A stretch of DNA of 64,000 nt from Obrimoposthia wandeli (GCA_977020255.1 CDROCS010003321.1:62001-126000), one strand, 5' to 3'. Positions 1 through 10,600 are shown, counted from the first letter of the stretch. Numbers and translations are program-made. Notes: generated by a model not told the origin, from the sequence alone.

Positions 1-15
1 GTTGATAGATTTCAT
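1..15 (-). CDS. 5' end of a CDS running off the window (MKSIN...)
   Basis: Minus strand reads ACAGGAG-N7-ATG AAA TCT ATC AAC; only 5 codons visible. Confidence 0.45.
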
Positions 16-298
16 ATTGATATCTCCTGTTAAAAAGGTGTTATCAAGTGTGCCTTAGCTCTGCGAAGCAAATATAGTCAGTAATTTGAAAGTGCGTGCC
101 CTGAGTGTTCGTTATCGAGCAAAGGCGTAACTACAATATCGAAACAAAAGCGGTAAACATCGAATGTTCTTGGCCGTATATTCGTATATTGCAGCTACCA
201 ACTTGGCAATCATATTATGAATGATTTTAAGTCTGAATGACTATATTTGGCCGATTTCAGCCACAGATTCAAACATTCGAATGAGTTGGGATTTGACA

Positions 299-449
299 CA
301 GACTGTGTAAAAACTCCTAAAACCATGTTGAAAACGCCTTTCATACACATCTTATAAAATATCGGGCTCATAAGATCAATAGCTTAGACTATAGCTATTT
401 TTTCAAATGCCGCTAATTGACAGTTTAATCTGAGTTTTCACACAATCTG
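299..449. mobile_element. MITE-like non-autonomous element with IS1182/IS5-like ends
   Basis: Terminal inverted repeats CAGACTGTGTAAAAACTC (299-316) and revcomp CAGATTGTGTGAAAACTC (432-449), 16/18 identical; about 115 bp non-coding interior; family assignment from recalled end sequences. Confidence 0.55.
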
Positions 450-469
450 GACAAAAGCGGACATATCCG

Positions 470-566
470 CGCCAACCACAGCAGCGTAGTAAGCTTGCCA
501 TTTTTGTACGTTTTTTGCACAAAAAGTGACACGCTTACGGAGTCTTATAGCTGGTTTTTGTTATAT
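470..566 (-). repeat. attC-like imperfect palindrome (integron cassette recombination site-like), R' end damaged
   Basis: Minus strand starts ATATAAC, has nested complementary arms (AACCA/TGGTT, CGTAAGC/GCTTAC, TTTTTGTGC/GTACAAAAA) and ends GGTTGGCG without the expected GTTRRRY; lies 36 nt after the stop of the minus-strand GFA gene. Confidence 0.55.
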
Positions 567-601
567 TCTTTTACTCTTAGGCTTCCTGTTTTGTTAAACT
601 T

Positions 602-1018
602 CTAACTTCCCATTCCTGGCGGTAGAATGTCAAATTTTGGCACATCGTTAGGGAAGGTTGCCCATGATGGTGCTGAAGATGTGTAGATTGACATTCTAGG
701 AGTGAACTTATTATTTTTTAATGAAGCTGCTGACACAGAGTAAAAATTACCCGCTGTTACCTCTGCGCACAAAGCAGTGCTACAAATGCCACAGAACTGA
801 TAATTTACCGCTTTGCCTGAATCGCCAGTACGTGTATATGATGAAGGGATGCCTTTGGTAAATTTAAAATTATCTTTTGACACCCAAAGTCCAAACCATT
901 TGTCTGAACTAGTGAGCGTTTGACACTCCTTGCAATAGCAAAAAATAGAATTTATCGGGTCGCTATCAAAGTAAAATTCAATGTCGTTGCAACTACAACT
1001 TCCAATATGTCTTTCCAT
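602..1018 (-). CDS. GFA family (glutathione-dependent formaldehyde-activating-like) Zn protein
   Basis: GSCSC, CYCKECQ and FCGICS motifs; likely start MERHIG at 1018 with GGAG RBS (ORF track extends to 1087). Confidence 0.85.
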   Translation of the reverse strand: MERHIGSCSCNDIEFYFDSDPINSIFCYCKECQTLTSSDKWFGLWVSKDNFKFTKGIPSSYTRTGDSGKAVNYQFCGICSTALCAEVTAGNFYSVSAASLKNNKFTPRMSIYTSSAPSWATFPNDVPKFDILPPGMGS

Positions 1019-1160
1019 GTTATCTCCGATCTGGTTGATGTCCAATGACGATATCGTAAAAACATTCAAATTTAATTTCCTTTCCAAAGATGGGACTTCA
1101 TCTTAGAGTAGATATTATATATGATAAATAACATATTCAATAATAAGAAGGCTCAATCCT

Positions 1161-1742
1161 ATGCCCTATACAAAGGCGCACAAGAACAAAACCCGGGAGA
1201 GAATTCTTGATAGCTCCTTCAGACTATTTGCAATAAAAGGTTTTGAAGGCGTTACAATCGATGATTTGATGAATAACTGTGGGCTTACTCGCGGCGGGTT
1301 TTATGCGCATTTCACGAGTAAAGCAGAACTTTACCGTGAGGCATTAAAATTCAAAGCCAGCGGCACTAAACTTGCCAGCCTTAAGCCAGAGGGCACATCT
1401 AATAAACAGTGGTTGTCTTTGTTGTTAAATAAATACCTAAGCTTGGAACATGTGAAAGGAGAGCGCTCTTTGTCTTGTCCGTTAGCGTTCTTGGCCACTG
1501 ACATCAATATGCAAGATAAGGCAATAAAAACAGCTTATGCCGATGTTTACTATGGCATGAATACAGCAATTATGGAGTATGCGAATAGCTATACAGACTG
1601 TGACGAACAAGACATTTTATCAGTAACCGCAATGATGATTGGCGCTGTCGCTATAGCTAGAACGCTTCAAAATCAAGATTCGATTGAGAGTCTACTCGCA
1701 GCGTGCAGACGAGAAGCAGGTGTGAAGTTGGGTGGAATATAG
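1161..1742 (+). CDS. TetR/AcrR family transcriptional regulator
   Basis: N-terminal HTH (KGFEGVTIDDLMNNCGLTRGGFYAHF); divergent from the GFA gene. Confidence 0.9.
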   Translation: MPYTKAHKNKTRERILDSSFRLFAIKGFEGVTIDDLMNNCGLTRGGFYAHFTSKAELYREALKFKASGTKLASLKPEGTSNKQWLSLLLNKYLSLEHVKGERSLSCPLAFLATDINMQDKAIKTAYADVYYGMNTAIMEYANSYTDCDEQDILSVTAMMIGAVAIARTLQNQDSIESLLAACRREAGVKLGGI

Positions 1743-2046
1743 CAGCTTGATTGTGCGACGTCTCATTTACGTAAAAGTGAAAGTGATAGTCAGACAACGC
1801 GTTAATTTTTAAGCTGTTTTTAAATTTCAAACTGCAGTTTTCGAAACGTCTTACTTTCCCCGAACTGTATATGAATTAATAAGTACGTTTACTGGAAATA
1901 GGTGATCAGCAAGGTTTGTGTTGATATGCAAATAGATCATAATTTTTATGATCTACAAGAAAGCCCTTTCAACAAGGAAGATGCCACAAAATCGAGTAAG
2001 TACCGCAGTAGGGTACCGACTTACAAACTGTGCATTAGAAAGGAAT

Positions 2047-2080
2047 AGAGGTTAGCCTTAAACAGCTAAAGCTAACCTCT
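2047..2080. terminator. Hairpin downstream of mmsB
   Basis: AGAGGTTAGC (2047-2056) pairs with GCTAACCTCT (2071-2080), just after the mmsB stop. Confidence 0.45.
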
Positions 2081-2088
2081 GTTTAAGA

Positions 2089-2976
2089 TTATTGCTGATA
2101 TTTTTTGATAATGCTTGAAAAGTCTAACCCGCCGTTTCCAGCGTTAGCATGTTCTGTAAACAGCTGGTTCGCTTTAGAACCCATCGGTGTCGCTGAATCA
2201 CTTTGCTTACTTAAATCCATAGCCAAACCTAAATCTTTAGCCATTAAATCAACCTGAAAACCACCTTGGTAATCATTTGATGCAGGCGCATTAGGCATTA
2301 CACCTGGGTATGGGTTATATACTTCTAGCGCCCAGTTGCCGCCAGAGCTTAAGCGCATAATTTCAGAGAGTACTTTAGGGTCTAGGCCGTTATCTACTCC
2401 CATGTTAAGCGCTTCACTGGTGCCGCTCATCAAGATAGATAGCAACATGTTGTTACATGCCTTGGCAACCTGGCCACTGCCTTGCAGACCTGCATGAAAG
2501 ATATTTTTGCCCATGATATCCAGTACTGGCTTTGCCGCAGCAAACTGCTCATCACTTGCACCTACCATAAACGATAATGTACCTGCCGTTGCACCGCCTA
2601 CTCCACCTGATACGGGCGCATCTATAAAGCTAATACCTTTAGCGTTAGCAACTGTCGCTACACTTTTTGCGGTTTTCGCATCAATGGTTGATGAGTCGAT
2701 CACTAAAGCGCCATCGGGTAAATGATCAAATAATGGTTGCTCACCACTCACGTACAAGCCTTCTACATGCTTGCCAGCAGGTAGCATGCTAATCACGTAT
2801 TGTGCATCACTGACAGCATCTACCGCAGAGCTTGCACATGCACCACCAGCGCTTTCTACCGTTGCCATTGCCTGTGGTGATAAATCAAATACTTTGACGC
2901 TATGGCCGGCTTTAACTAAGTTAATTGCCATTGGGCCGCCCATATTACCTAAACCAATAAATCCTATATTCGCCAT
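2089..2976 (-). CDS. mmsB: 3-hydroxyisobutyrate dehydrogenase
   Basis: IGFIGLGNMGGPMA Rossmann motif, DAPVSGG, AKACNN; in operon with mmsA. Confidence 0.93.
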   Translation of the reverse strand: MANIGFIGLGNMGGPMAINLVKAGHSVKVFDLSPQAMATVESAGGACASSAVDAVSDAQYVISMLPAGKHVEGLYVSGEQPLFDHLPDGALVIDSSTIDAKTAKSVATVANAKGISFIDAPVSGGVGGATAGTLSFMVGASDEQFAAAKPVLDIMGKNIFHAGLQGSGQVAKACNNMLLSILMSGTSEALNMGVDNGLDPKVLSEIMRLSSGGNWALEVYNPYPGVMPNAPASNDYQGGFQVDLMAKDLGLAMDLSKQSDSATPMGSKANQLFTEHANAGNGGLDFSSIIKKYQQ

Positions 2977-3053
2977 TGTCTTTTTCCTATCATCTTATTA
3001 GCGAGCTTACAAAGCAGCGCTTTAAATTCGCATTGTGTTTATATTATTAAGAG

Positions 3054-4169
3054 CTACATTGTTAATAGTTTGTTTTCAGAGAGTTCGCCGCCTGCAAAAG
3101 GATCTGCAAACATTTTGTCTAAAAAGCTCTCTTCTACTAAGTCGATTTGCTTATAGCGCCAATTTGGCTTGCCATCTTTATCAACTAATAGCGCCCTCAC
3201 ACCCTCTTCAATTTCACCAATGGCACAGCATTGGGTCGTTAACTCAAGCTCTTTTACGAACGCTTCTTTTAACGATAAGTGTTTAGTCGTTTGTAATTGA
3301 CGATATATCATGGCGATAGAAAGAGGGCTGCCGTGTTTAACTGCTTTTTGCGCTTTATTTATCCAAATATCTTCTGTTGAATAACCCAGTAGAGCATCAA
3401 CAAATTGCGCTGCACTGTCCACATCGGTCAATTGCTGTATCAGATCAAAATGCTCTCTGACAGGCGAGCTTTGCTCGCTTGCTTGGCTGTTGTTTTCTAA
3501 GCCTTTCAATATTTGGTTTATATCGCGATGCGCGCTGTCATTATCGGTATAGGTATTAGCCAATAGCTGCGCTAAAAATTCAGCTTTTTGCTCATTATCT
3601 AATTGGCGATCTGCAATGCCAATAAATTTAGCATCCGCCCCATTAATACGTTGACCAGTAATGCCTAAGAACAAACCTGTACGGCCAGGGCAGCGATTTA
3701 AAAACCAACTGGCACCCACATCTGGGTATAAACCAATCGTTACCTCAGGCATAGCAACCATTGTTGATTGTGTCACTACTTTGTGGCTACAACCTGATAA
3801 TAAGCCCAGCCCACCTCCCATCACAATACCAGCGCCCCATGCAATAATAGGCTTAGGGTAAGTGTGTATGCTGTAATCTAATAGGTACTCGCTACTAAAA
3901 TAGTCTACTGCCTGCTCAACACCCGTTTCTTTTTGCAGCATGTTGTACAAACTGACTATATCGCCACCAGCACAAAATGCTTTTTCGCCGACACTGTCAA
4001 GAATGATCGCAATCACCGAGTCATCGGTTTTATAGCGATCTAATGCAGGTTGGATCAATTTGATCATTTCAAATGCGAGCGCATTCAGCGCTTTTTCAGC
4101 ATTTAAAGTGATCTCAATAATTTTGCGACCATCTTGGGTTAGATGCTCATTAAATAAAACACAGCTCAC
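3054..4169 (-). CDS. Enoyl-CoA hydratase/isomerase family, probable 3-hydroxyisobutyryl-CoA hydrolase
   Basis: FCAGGD, GIVMGGG, AMPE, EGVRALLVDKD motifs; 371 aa. Confidence 0.88.
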   Translation of the reverse strand: MSCVLFNEHLTQDGRKIIEITLNAEKALNALAFEMIKLIQPALDRYKTDDSVIAIILDSVGEKAFCAGGDIVSLYNMLQKETGVEQAVDYFSSEYLLDYSIHTYPKPIIAWGAGIVMGGGLGLLSGCSHKVVTQSTMVAMPEVTIGLYPDVGASWFLNRCPGRTGLFLGITGQRINGADAKFIGIADRQLDNEQKAEFLAQLLANTYTDNDSAHRDINQILKGLENNSQASEQSSPVREHFDLIQQLTDVDSAAQFVDALLGYSTEDIWINKAQKAVKHGSPLSIAMIYRQLQTTKHLSLKEAFVKELELTTQCCAIGEIEEGVRALLVDKDGKPNWRYKQIDLVEESFLDKMFADPFAGGELSENKLLTM

Positions 4170-4247
4170 AAATATTACCCCTTAAAATTACGCTGATTAA
4201 CAAAGTGCTATGAAGCTCAACACTGGTTTTGATTATTTATTGCGCCG

Positions 4248-5033
4248 CTATTTGTTTTGCCATTTAGGTGCACGTTTTTCTAAGAAGGCATTCACCCCTT
4301 CTTTTTGATCTTGTGTGTGAAATAGATCAACAAATAATTCACGCTCAATAATATAACCTTGATCCCAATGGCGGGTACGGTTTGACTGAATTAGTGTCTT
4401 GCAAGCACTTACCGCTTTAGGGCTTTGTTGCGCTACTTGTTCTGCCAGCTCAAAAGCACGCTCAAACGACTTGCCGTTTTCGACCATTTCCTCTACCAAG
4501 CCGATACGCAAACCAGTAGTCGCATCAATGCGCTCACCACAAAGAATAATTTTTTTAGCCCAGCCCTCACCAACCAACATTGTTAGGTTTTGAGTGCCAC
4601 CTGCGCAAGGTAAAATACCCACTTTAGCTTCAGGCAAAGCCATCACTGCTTTTTCCTCTGCTATACGAATATCACAAGCCAGCGCTACTTCTAGCCCTCC
4701 ACCCATCGCCCAACCGTTAACGGCGGCAATAGATACGCCTCTAAACTGAGTGAGTGCATAAAAGGCATCACCGAAGTATTTACCTATATCGCGAGCATTG
4801 GCTAAATCGCCATCGGCAAACAAGTTTAAATCAGCGCCGGCTGAGAAAAATTTCTCATTACCCGATTTAATAACCAAGCTATAGACTGATGTATCTTTAT
4901 TTAAGTCATCTACTATATTGATTAACCCAATCAAACTCTCTTTGTTCCAGGTATTAGCGGGTGGATTATTTAACGTAAGTACCGCTACATTGCCTTTTTG
5001 TTCTAATACTAAGGTGTCAGGATAGCTATTCAT
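4248..5033 (-). CDS. Enoyl-CoA hydratase
   Basis: FSAGADL, GGGLEVALACDIRIA, LPEAKVGILP, EGVNAFLEKR. Confidence 0.92.
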   Translation of the reverse strand: MNSYPDTLVLEQKGNVAVLTLNNPPANTWNKESLIGLINIVDDLNKDTSVYSLVIKSGNEKFFSAGADLNLFADGDLANARDIGKYFGDAFYALTQFRGVSIAAVNGWAMGGGLEVALACDIRIAEEKAVMALPEAKVGILPCAGGTQNLTMLVGEGWAKKIILCGERIDATTGLRIGLVEEMVENGKSFERAFELAEQVAQQSPKAVSACKTLIQSNRTRHWDQGYIIERELFVDLFHTQDQKEGVNAFLEKRAPKWQNK

Positions 5034-5071
5034 TATTATTCTCTTTTTAAATTTATAGTAAGCTCAGCTGA

Positions 5072-6235
5072 TTATAGTATTTGATTGGTTTCTTCAATCA
5101 AAATACGACGTGCAATGATCACATTCATGATTTCATTGGTCCCCTCAAGGATACGATGCACTCTGGTATCACGTAAATAACGCTCCATCGGGTATTCTTT
5201 CATGTAGCCATTGCCACCAAATATTTGCAATGCTTGGTCGCATACCTCAAAACATGCATCGGTTGCAAAGCGTTTTGCCATTGCACAATAGGTGCTTCTA
5301 TCGGGATGTTTATTATCAAGCTTAGTTGCCGCTAAGCGAACCATTTGTCGTGCTGCAACCAAATTGGTATTCATATCCGCTACTTTAAACTGTAAAGCCT
5401 GAAAACTTGCCAGCTCTCGGCCAAACTGTTTTCTTTCATGTAAATACTTCAATGCATGGTTTAAAGCCGCTTGTGCAGTACCTACTGAGCACGTCGCTAT
5501 GTTAACGCGCCCGCCATCTAAACCTTGCATCGCTATTTTAAAGCCGTCACCTTCAGCGCCTAACAAATTATGCGCTTCTACTTCGACATCTTCAAAAGTA
5601 ATAGTGCGTGTCGGTTGTGAATTCCAACCCATTTTTTGCTCTTTACGACCATAGCTAATACCTTTGCTATTCGCTGCTACTGCAAAGGCTGAAATACCTT
5701 TAGCGCCATCGCCCGATGTTCTCGCCATTACTAACAGTAAATCGGTGGAGCCTGCGCCTGATATAAACACTTTAGAGCCATTGAGAATGTACTTGCCATC
5801 TTCTTTACGTGCCGTGGTTTTCAATGATGCAGCGTCTGAGCCTGCATTTGGCTCTGTTAAGCAATAAGAACCGAGCTTTTCTCCACTGCTAAGCGCTTCA
5901 CTCCATTGGCCTTTTGTTTGCTCACTGGCAAAAGAGCTCAACATCCAGCTGACCATGTTATGGATGGTTAAATAAGCGGTTGTCGAGGTACAGCCCATCG
6001 CTAGCTGTTCAAAAATAATACTTGAATCTAAACGCGACAAACCCAAGCCTGCACCCTCTTCAGGGGTATACAGACCACACATGCCCATTTCACCGGCTTT
6101 TTTTAAGACCTCTATAGGGAAATGCTGTTCCTCATCCCAACTGGCCGCATGAGGCTGCATTTCCTTTTCAGCAAATGCTTTGGCCATTTCACTAAAAGCC
6201 AATTGGTCTTCGTTTAATTCAAAATCCATAGCCAC
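5072..6235 (-). CDS. Acyl-CoA dehydrogenase (probable isobutyryl-CoA dehydrogenase)
   Basis: YCLTEPNAGSDA, NGSKVFISG, QIFGGNGY, RILEGTNEIM. Confidence 0.92.
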   Translation of the reverse strand: MAMDFELNEDQLAFSEMAKAFAEKEMQPHAASWDEEQHFPIEVLKKAGEMGMCGLYTPEEGAGLGLSRLDSSIIFEQLAMGCTSTTAYLTIHNMVSWMLSSFASEQTKGQWSEALSSGEKLGSYCLTEPNAGSDAASLKTTARKEDGKYILNGSKVFISGAGSTDLLLVMARTSGDGAKGISAFAVAANSKGISYGRKEQKMGWNSQPTRTITFEDVEVEAHNLLGAEGDGFKIAMQGLDGGRVNIATCSVGTAQAALNHALKYLHERKQFGRELASFQALQFKVADMNTNLVAARQMVRLAATKLDNKHPDRSTYCAMAKRFATDACFEVCDQALQIFGGNGYMKEYPMERYLRDTRVHRILEGTNEIMNVIIARRILIEETNQIL

Positions 6236-6340
6236 TCCAAACAGTAAGGTTATTTTTTTAATCTAGATGGATTAGGCCACGCCTAAATCATCAATCGCGT
6301 CATACTCTTAAAAAAGAGCACAAAGCAGCGTTAATAATCA

Positions 6341-6389
6341 CGTTTAAAATACTCTTTTTATTGGTTAATTTAAAAGAGTATTTTAAACG
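6341..6389. repeat. Perfect 18-bp inverted repeat between mmsA and the acyl-CoA dehydrogenase gene
   Basis: CGTTTAAAATACTCTTTT (6341-6358) and AAAAGAGTATTTTAAACG (6372-6389), 13-nt loop. Confidence 0.8.
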
Positions 6390-6432
6390 CACTATCACTC
6401 AATCATTTCTTCATTGACTTTTCATGCGTTTA

Positions 6433-6464
6433 AAAACAAATAAAGAGAGCCTAACGCTCTCTTT
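6433..6464 (-). terminator. Rho-independent terminator-like hairpin after mmsA
   Basis: AAAGAGAGC-ctaac-GCTCTCTTT, followed on the minus strand by a T-rich tract. Confidence 0.6.
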
Positions 6465-6475
6465 GTTTATTATTT

Positions 6476-7969
6476 TTACTTCAATTCAATTGTGGTATTA
6501 ACACCGGTGTCAATGTCTTCATCGAACCAGCGTGAGGTGACGGTTTTAGTTTCGGTGTAAAACTTAACTGCCTGCTTACCGTATGCATGTTGATCACCGT
6601 AAAACGATTTTCTCCAACCAGTGAACGAGAACATAGGCAATGGCACAGGTACGGGTACGTTAACACCCACGTTACCGACTTTTATTTCATGCTGGTATTT
6701 GCGTGCTGCTGCACCAGATGAGGTAAAGATTGAAGTACCGTTACCGTATGGGTTTTCATTAATAAGAGCAATTGCCTCCTCTAATGTATCTACTTCAATA
6801 GTGATCAATACCGGGCCAAAAATTTCTTCTTGGTAGATTGACATATCAGTCGTAACGCCTGTGAACATAGTAGGGCCAATGAAGTTACCCTTCTCCAGTC
6901 CTTTTACCACAACATCAGAACCATCTAGAATGCAGTTTGCACCAGCAGCTTTGCCCTCTTCAATAAACTTCAGCACACGTGCTTTAGCCGCTGGGTTGAT
7001 CTGTGGACCATAACCTGCATCCGCATCATCCCAAGCACCTGGGCGAACCTTAGCAAGGGCATCTTTAATTTCAGGAATGAGCTTTTTCGACTCACCCACA
7101 AATACGGCAACAGAAATAGCCATGCAACGCTGACCAGCAGCACCTACTGATGCACCAGCAATATTATTAACTACTTGCTTTTGAGCGGCATCTGGCATAA
7201 TGACCATATGGTTTTTAGCACCGGCAAACGCTTGTACGCGCTTCATGTGATCGGTACCTGTTTTATAAATATACTCACCTACTGCAACCGATCCAACAAA
7301 TGAAATTGCGGGTAAATCTGGGTGAACCAACAACTGTTGAACCACTTCTTTAGTACCGTGCAATACTTGTAACACACCTTTAGGTGCACCTGCTTCTACA
7401 AACAACTCAGCGAGTCTGTTAGGCGTTAGTGGATCTTGCTCTGATGGCTTAAGGATAAAGGTGTTACCGCAAGCGATAGCCATTGGGAACATCCAAAGTG
7501 GGATCATTGCAGGGAAGTTAAACGGTGTAATACCAACACATACACCTAAAGGCTGGGTGAAGCTAGAGCAGTCAATTTTGCGAGCCACGTTTTCAAGTGT
7601 TTCGCCCATGGTTAAAGAGGCAACGTTCGCTGCATGCTCTACCACTTCGATACCGCGCCATACATCACCCATTGCATCTGGGAATGTTTTACCGGTTTCT
7701 TGCGCAATAATAGTTGCCAGCTCTTCTTGGTGTGTTTTAAGCAATGCTTGATAAGCCAGCATAACGCGCGCTCTATCGCCAACTGATCTTTCTTTCCATA
7801 GCTCAAAGGCATCTTTTGCTGTTTCAATAGCCAGCTCAACTTCTTCATCCGTAGCACAAGGCACTTGCGCGATAACTTCTTGCGTTGCAGGGTTTACAAC
7901 ATCCAGTAGAGTTGTGCTTTTACTGGTGACGAATTCGCCGTTTATTAATAGTGGGACTTGCTTAATCAT
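6476..7969 (-). CDS. mmsA: CoA-acylating methylmalonate-semialdehyde dehydrogenase
   Basis: [43 protein letters not shown]. Confidence 0.95.
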   Translation of the reverse strand: MIKQVPLLINGEFVTSKSTTLLDVVNPATQEVIAQVPCATDEEVELAIETAKDAFELWKERSVGDRARVMLAYQALLKTHQEELATIIAQETGKTFPDAMGDVWRGIEVVEHAANVASLTMGETLENVARKIDCSSFTQPLGVCVGITPFNFPAMIPLWMFPMAIACGNTFILKPSEQDPLTPNRLAELFVEAGAPKGVLQVLHGTKEVVQQLLVHPDLPAISFVGSVAVGEYIYKTGTDHMKRVQAFAGAKNHMVIMPDAAQKQVVNNIAGASVGAAGQRCMAISVAVFVGESKKLIPEIKDALAKVRPGAWDDADAGYGPQINPAAKARVLKFIEEGKAAGANCILDGSDVVVKGLEKGNFIGPTMFTGVTTDMSIYQEEIFGPVLITIEVDTLEEAIALINENPYGNGTSIFTSSGAAARKYQHEIKVGNVGVNVPVPVPLPMFSFTGWRKSFYGDQHAYGKQAVKFYTETKTVTSRWFDEDIDTGVNTTIELK

Positions 7970-8200
7970 GAGCGCTATACCTTTGATTTTTTTATAGAGT
8001 GCTTTTCAAGCAAAGCGCCTTTAAATGGGTATTACATCCACTTTTTTAAGCGAGATATAATTCATTGAAACGGCTTTTGAAGAGCAGCATTTTTTTATTG
8101 CATTGATTTAAGCACAATAATCAGCTGCTAAGGATTGATAATCTTGTGCTATTGATGGATTATATTGCGATTCGCATCATCCTTTAGTCTAGGTCTTATT

Positions 8201-9100
8201 ATGAGCCAAACATCCAACTGGCCACTTCCCAGTGGTAGCCATCGACTTGTAGTCCCTAGGACTATAACTGCTAAGTTGCATCAGCACGCGCTGTGCGCCG
8301 ATCTTTATCCAAAGGCCTCTGGTTTCTATAAACAAGCAAAAAAGCATACAATGTTGCGCAGAACGCATGATGACAATTTACTTATATATTGCATCCAAGG
8401 CTCTGGCCAATTTAGTGTTGATAGCACCACGCTAAAGGTCAATAGCGGAGATTTACTGCTGCTACCCAGTGGTGTGGCGCACGCGTACCAAGCCGATGAT
8501 GAAAACCCTTGGAGCATCTATTGGATCCACTTTAGCGGGGAGAAAAGTAATGATTTTATGCAGTATATAAAGACAGAAAAAGAAAGCTTAATCATACGAG
8601 TAGGAGTCAATGCAGGGCTAATTAACAACTTCGACATGCTCTTAGAGAGCCTACAATCTAGTATTAATATATCCTCGTTTATTCATGCATCTAACATGCT
8701 AAGGCAAATTTTAACCCACATCCCGTTATTGCGACCTTTAGCCAAAGCCCAACAAATGGCGCATCAATTTGATTTAGAGCGAGTACACGCCATGATGCAA
8801 TCTAACATACACAGTAATTTAGACTTAGATACCATAGCGAACAGCATCAACCTTTCAAAGTTTCATTTTATAAAAAAGTATAAAGAGCTCACTAACACCA
8901 CCCCTATCAATTACTTCATTCATTTAAAAATTGAACGCGCTTGCCACCTTTTAGATATTTCAACAAAACCCATTAAAGAGATCAGCTTCAACCTAGGTTA
9001 TGAGGACACTTACTACTTTTCTAGAATTTTTAAGAAAGTAATGGGCATATCGCCAACCCAATATCGACAGATGCGTAATAGTACGTTTAATAGTGATTAA
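8201..9100 (+). CDS. mmsR: AraC family regulator (MmsR-like)
   Basis: Cupin-like N-terminus plus AraC HTH (LGYEDTYYFSRIFKKVMGISPTQYR); divergent from mmsA; ATG at 8201 preferred over TTG at 8165. Confidence 0.8.
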   Translation: MSQTSNWPLPSGSHRLVVPRTITAKLHQHALCADLYPKASGFYKQAKKHTMLRRTHDDNLLIYCIQGSGQFSVDSTTLKVNSGDLLLLPSGVAHAYQADDENPWSIYWIHFSGEKSNDFMQYIKTEKESLIIRVGVNAGLINNFDMLLESLQSSINISSFIHASNMLRQILTHIPLLRPLAKAQQMAHQFDLERVHAMMQSNIHSNLDLDTIANSINLSKFHFIKKYKELTNTTPINYFIHLKIERACHLLDISTKPIKEISFNLGYEDTYYFSRIFKKVMGISPTQYRQMRNSTFNSD

Positions 9101-9297
9101 TGCTCAGTGGTGTAATCACTGGACTTAACTTATTTCTAACATATACTGCGTGACTAAATCACTTGATCATACAAAGCACTTTATTGTAAATTTTTTATAA
9201 ATAAAGAAACGAGATCAAGAGGGTTCTCATTACTCACTGTTAGCACCTGTTTTAGTTAAATAGTGTATCTAGCGGCTATTAGCTCAAAAGAAGATAT

Positions 9298-9807
9298 TTG
9301 AATATGCAATTTAAAACCATTAATAAAGCGCGCTATAACAAACAATTAAAAACCCTATTTTTTGCTACCTGTGCCTATATGCTAATTGTGGGTGTTGGAC
9401 TCTCTTCCCTGCTCATCTCTTTATTTAATACCACTGCAGGTGACAATTTTTGGCTCAACGCAGCCGGTGCTATTATTGCAGCGATTAGCGTAGGGTTGCT
9501 GTTTTTGAAATTTAAAACCCACCCATACCTTCAAGACATTGTTTATGTGCGCGCACTTAAAGCACAGTTAAACTACATCTACAGGAAGCAGCATAAAATC
9601 AAAGCGGCGGCTCAAGATGGTGATGCGACTGCAATGGCGATATTAGATTACAGCTATCAGACATCAAAATATGTATATGAGCTTGATAACAACACACTCA
9701 CTATTGATGAAATTAACGCATCACAGCAAGAGCTAAAGAGCTTAGCTATCCAATATCAAATTACTGACTTTCAAACATATGACCAGGCGCTATTAAAAGC
9801 GTATTGA
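9298..9807 (+). CDS. DUF3087-like membrane protein
   Basis: Two hydrophobic helices, NFWLNAAG, AMAILDYSY...LDNNTLT pattern recalled for DUF3087. Confidence 0.65.
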   Translation: MNMQFKTINKARYNKQLKTLFFATCAYMLIVGVGLSSLLISLFNTTAGDNFWLNAAGAIIAAISVGLLFLKFKTHPYLQDIVYVRALKAQLNYIYRKQHKIKAAAQDGDATAMAILDYSYQTSKYVYELDNNTLTIDEINASQQELKSLAIQYQITDFQTYDQALLKAY

Positions 9808-9814
9808 GTTTTTG

Positions 9815-10600
9815 AATCCAATCTTGGCTGGGATTTAATTGAGACTTGAAGAGAGCTGCCAGCTTGGGCCTAACTCTTCTCTGATTACCAACAAAACGCA
9901 ACTTGAGGATAATAGTCTAAATTTATAGTAGGGTATCTCAGTGTAAATAGGCAGAAAATGACATCAAGCGAACTTTTGACGCCCTAAATTACGAGAAGTC
10001 TTAAGAGAATAACGAATGGAAAGTTTTTCCGAAAACCTGCGCTTATTAGAAGGCGCTGGTACACCTCAAATTAACTAATTTTTTAAAGCAAATCATCCTC
10101 TTTCAGATACTGCTTCGTATTTATCTAATGCAAACTGTTCGTTGAGCTCCCTAGCGATAGCGCACAGATTTCCTAACTCCTAAATCAGAACCTCTGCTGA
10201 GATATCTCGAGTAACAGGTGAGCGATCTTCTACAGAGTTTTTAAATAACTCAAGTAATTGTGTTTGGACATTTAGTTTTAATCTGCCTTTGGCTTCAGCG
10301 CGCTTGTACCCTAAAGCTTTAAGATTAAGCTCGTCGAGGCAGGCTCCAATTACCCTGGAACAATTATCACTGCCGAGAGAATCAAATATCAGCTTTGCTC
10401 ATTGCAGCTTAAATATTGAATACTAGGCTTTGAAGGGAGCTTGATTTACATACTCGATTACTTCTCAGTAAAGCAGCTCGTTACCCTTCCTAGCTGATAT
10501 GCCCAAAAACAATAAATCAAAGGCTCCATTATAACTCCTGTGCCTATATTTTCTTTTTGCCCATCACCTCAGCGCATACCGCTCTTCTACCAGATTAGAA
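9815..10600 (-). pseudogene. Decayed CDS of unknown function
   Basis: One minus-strand frame reads as protein-like for about 200 codons (LIFDSLGSDNCSRVIGACLDELNLKALGYKRAEAKGRLKLNVQTQLLELFKNSVEDRSPVTRDISAEVLI*ELGNLCAIARELNEQF) with scattered stops. Confidence 0.4.

Noticed and set aside
1933-1955. Palindrome TAGATCATAA-TTT-TTATGATCTA
   Set aside because: Real but AT-rich, between convergent genes and not assignable to a function
2507-7857. Short opposite-strand or alternative-frame ORFs inside the mms operon, and similar ones throughout the window (e.g. 16960-17440, 40492-40959, 51614-53511, 61155-62073)
   Set aside because: Shadow ORFs fully overlapping well-supported genes, with no motifs or RBS
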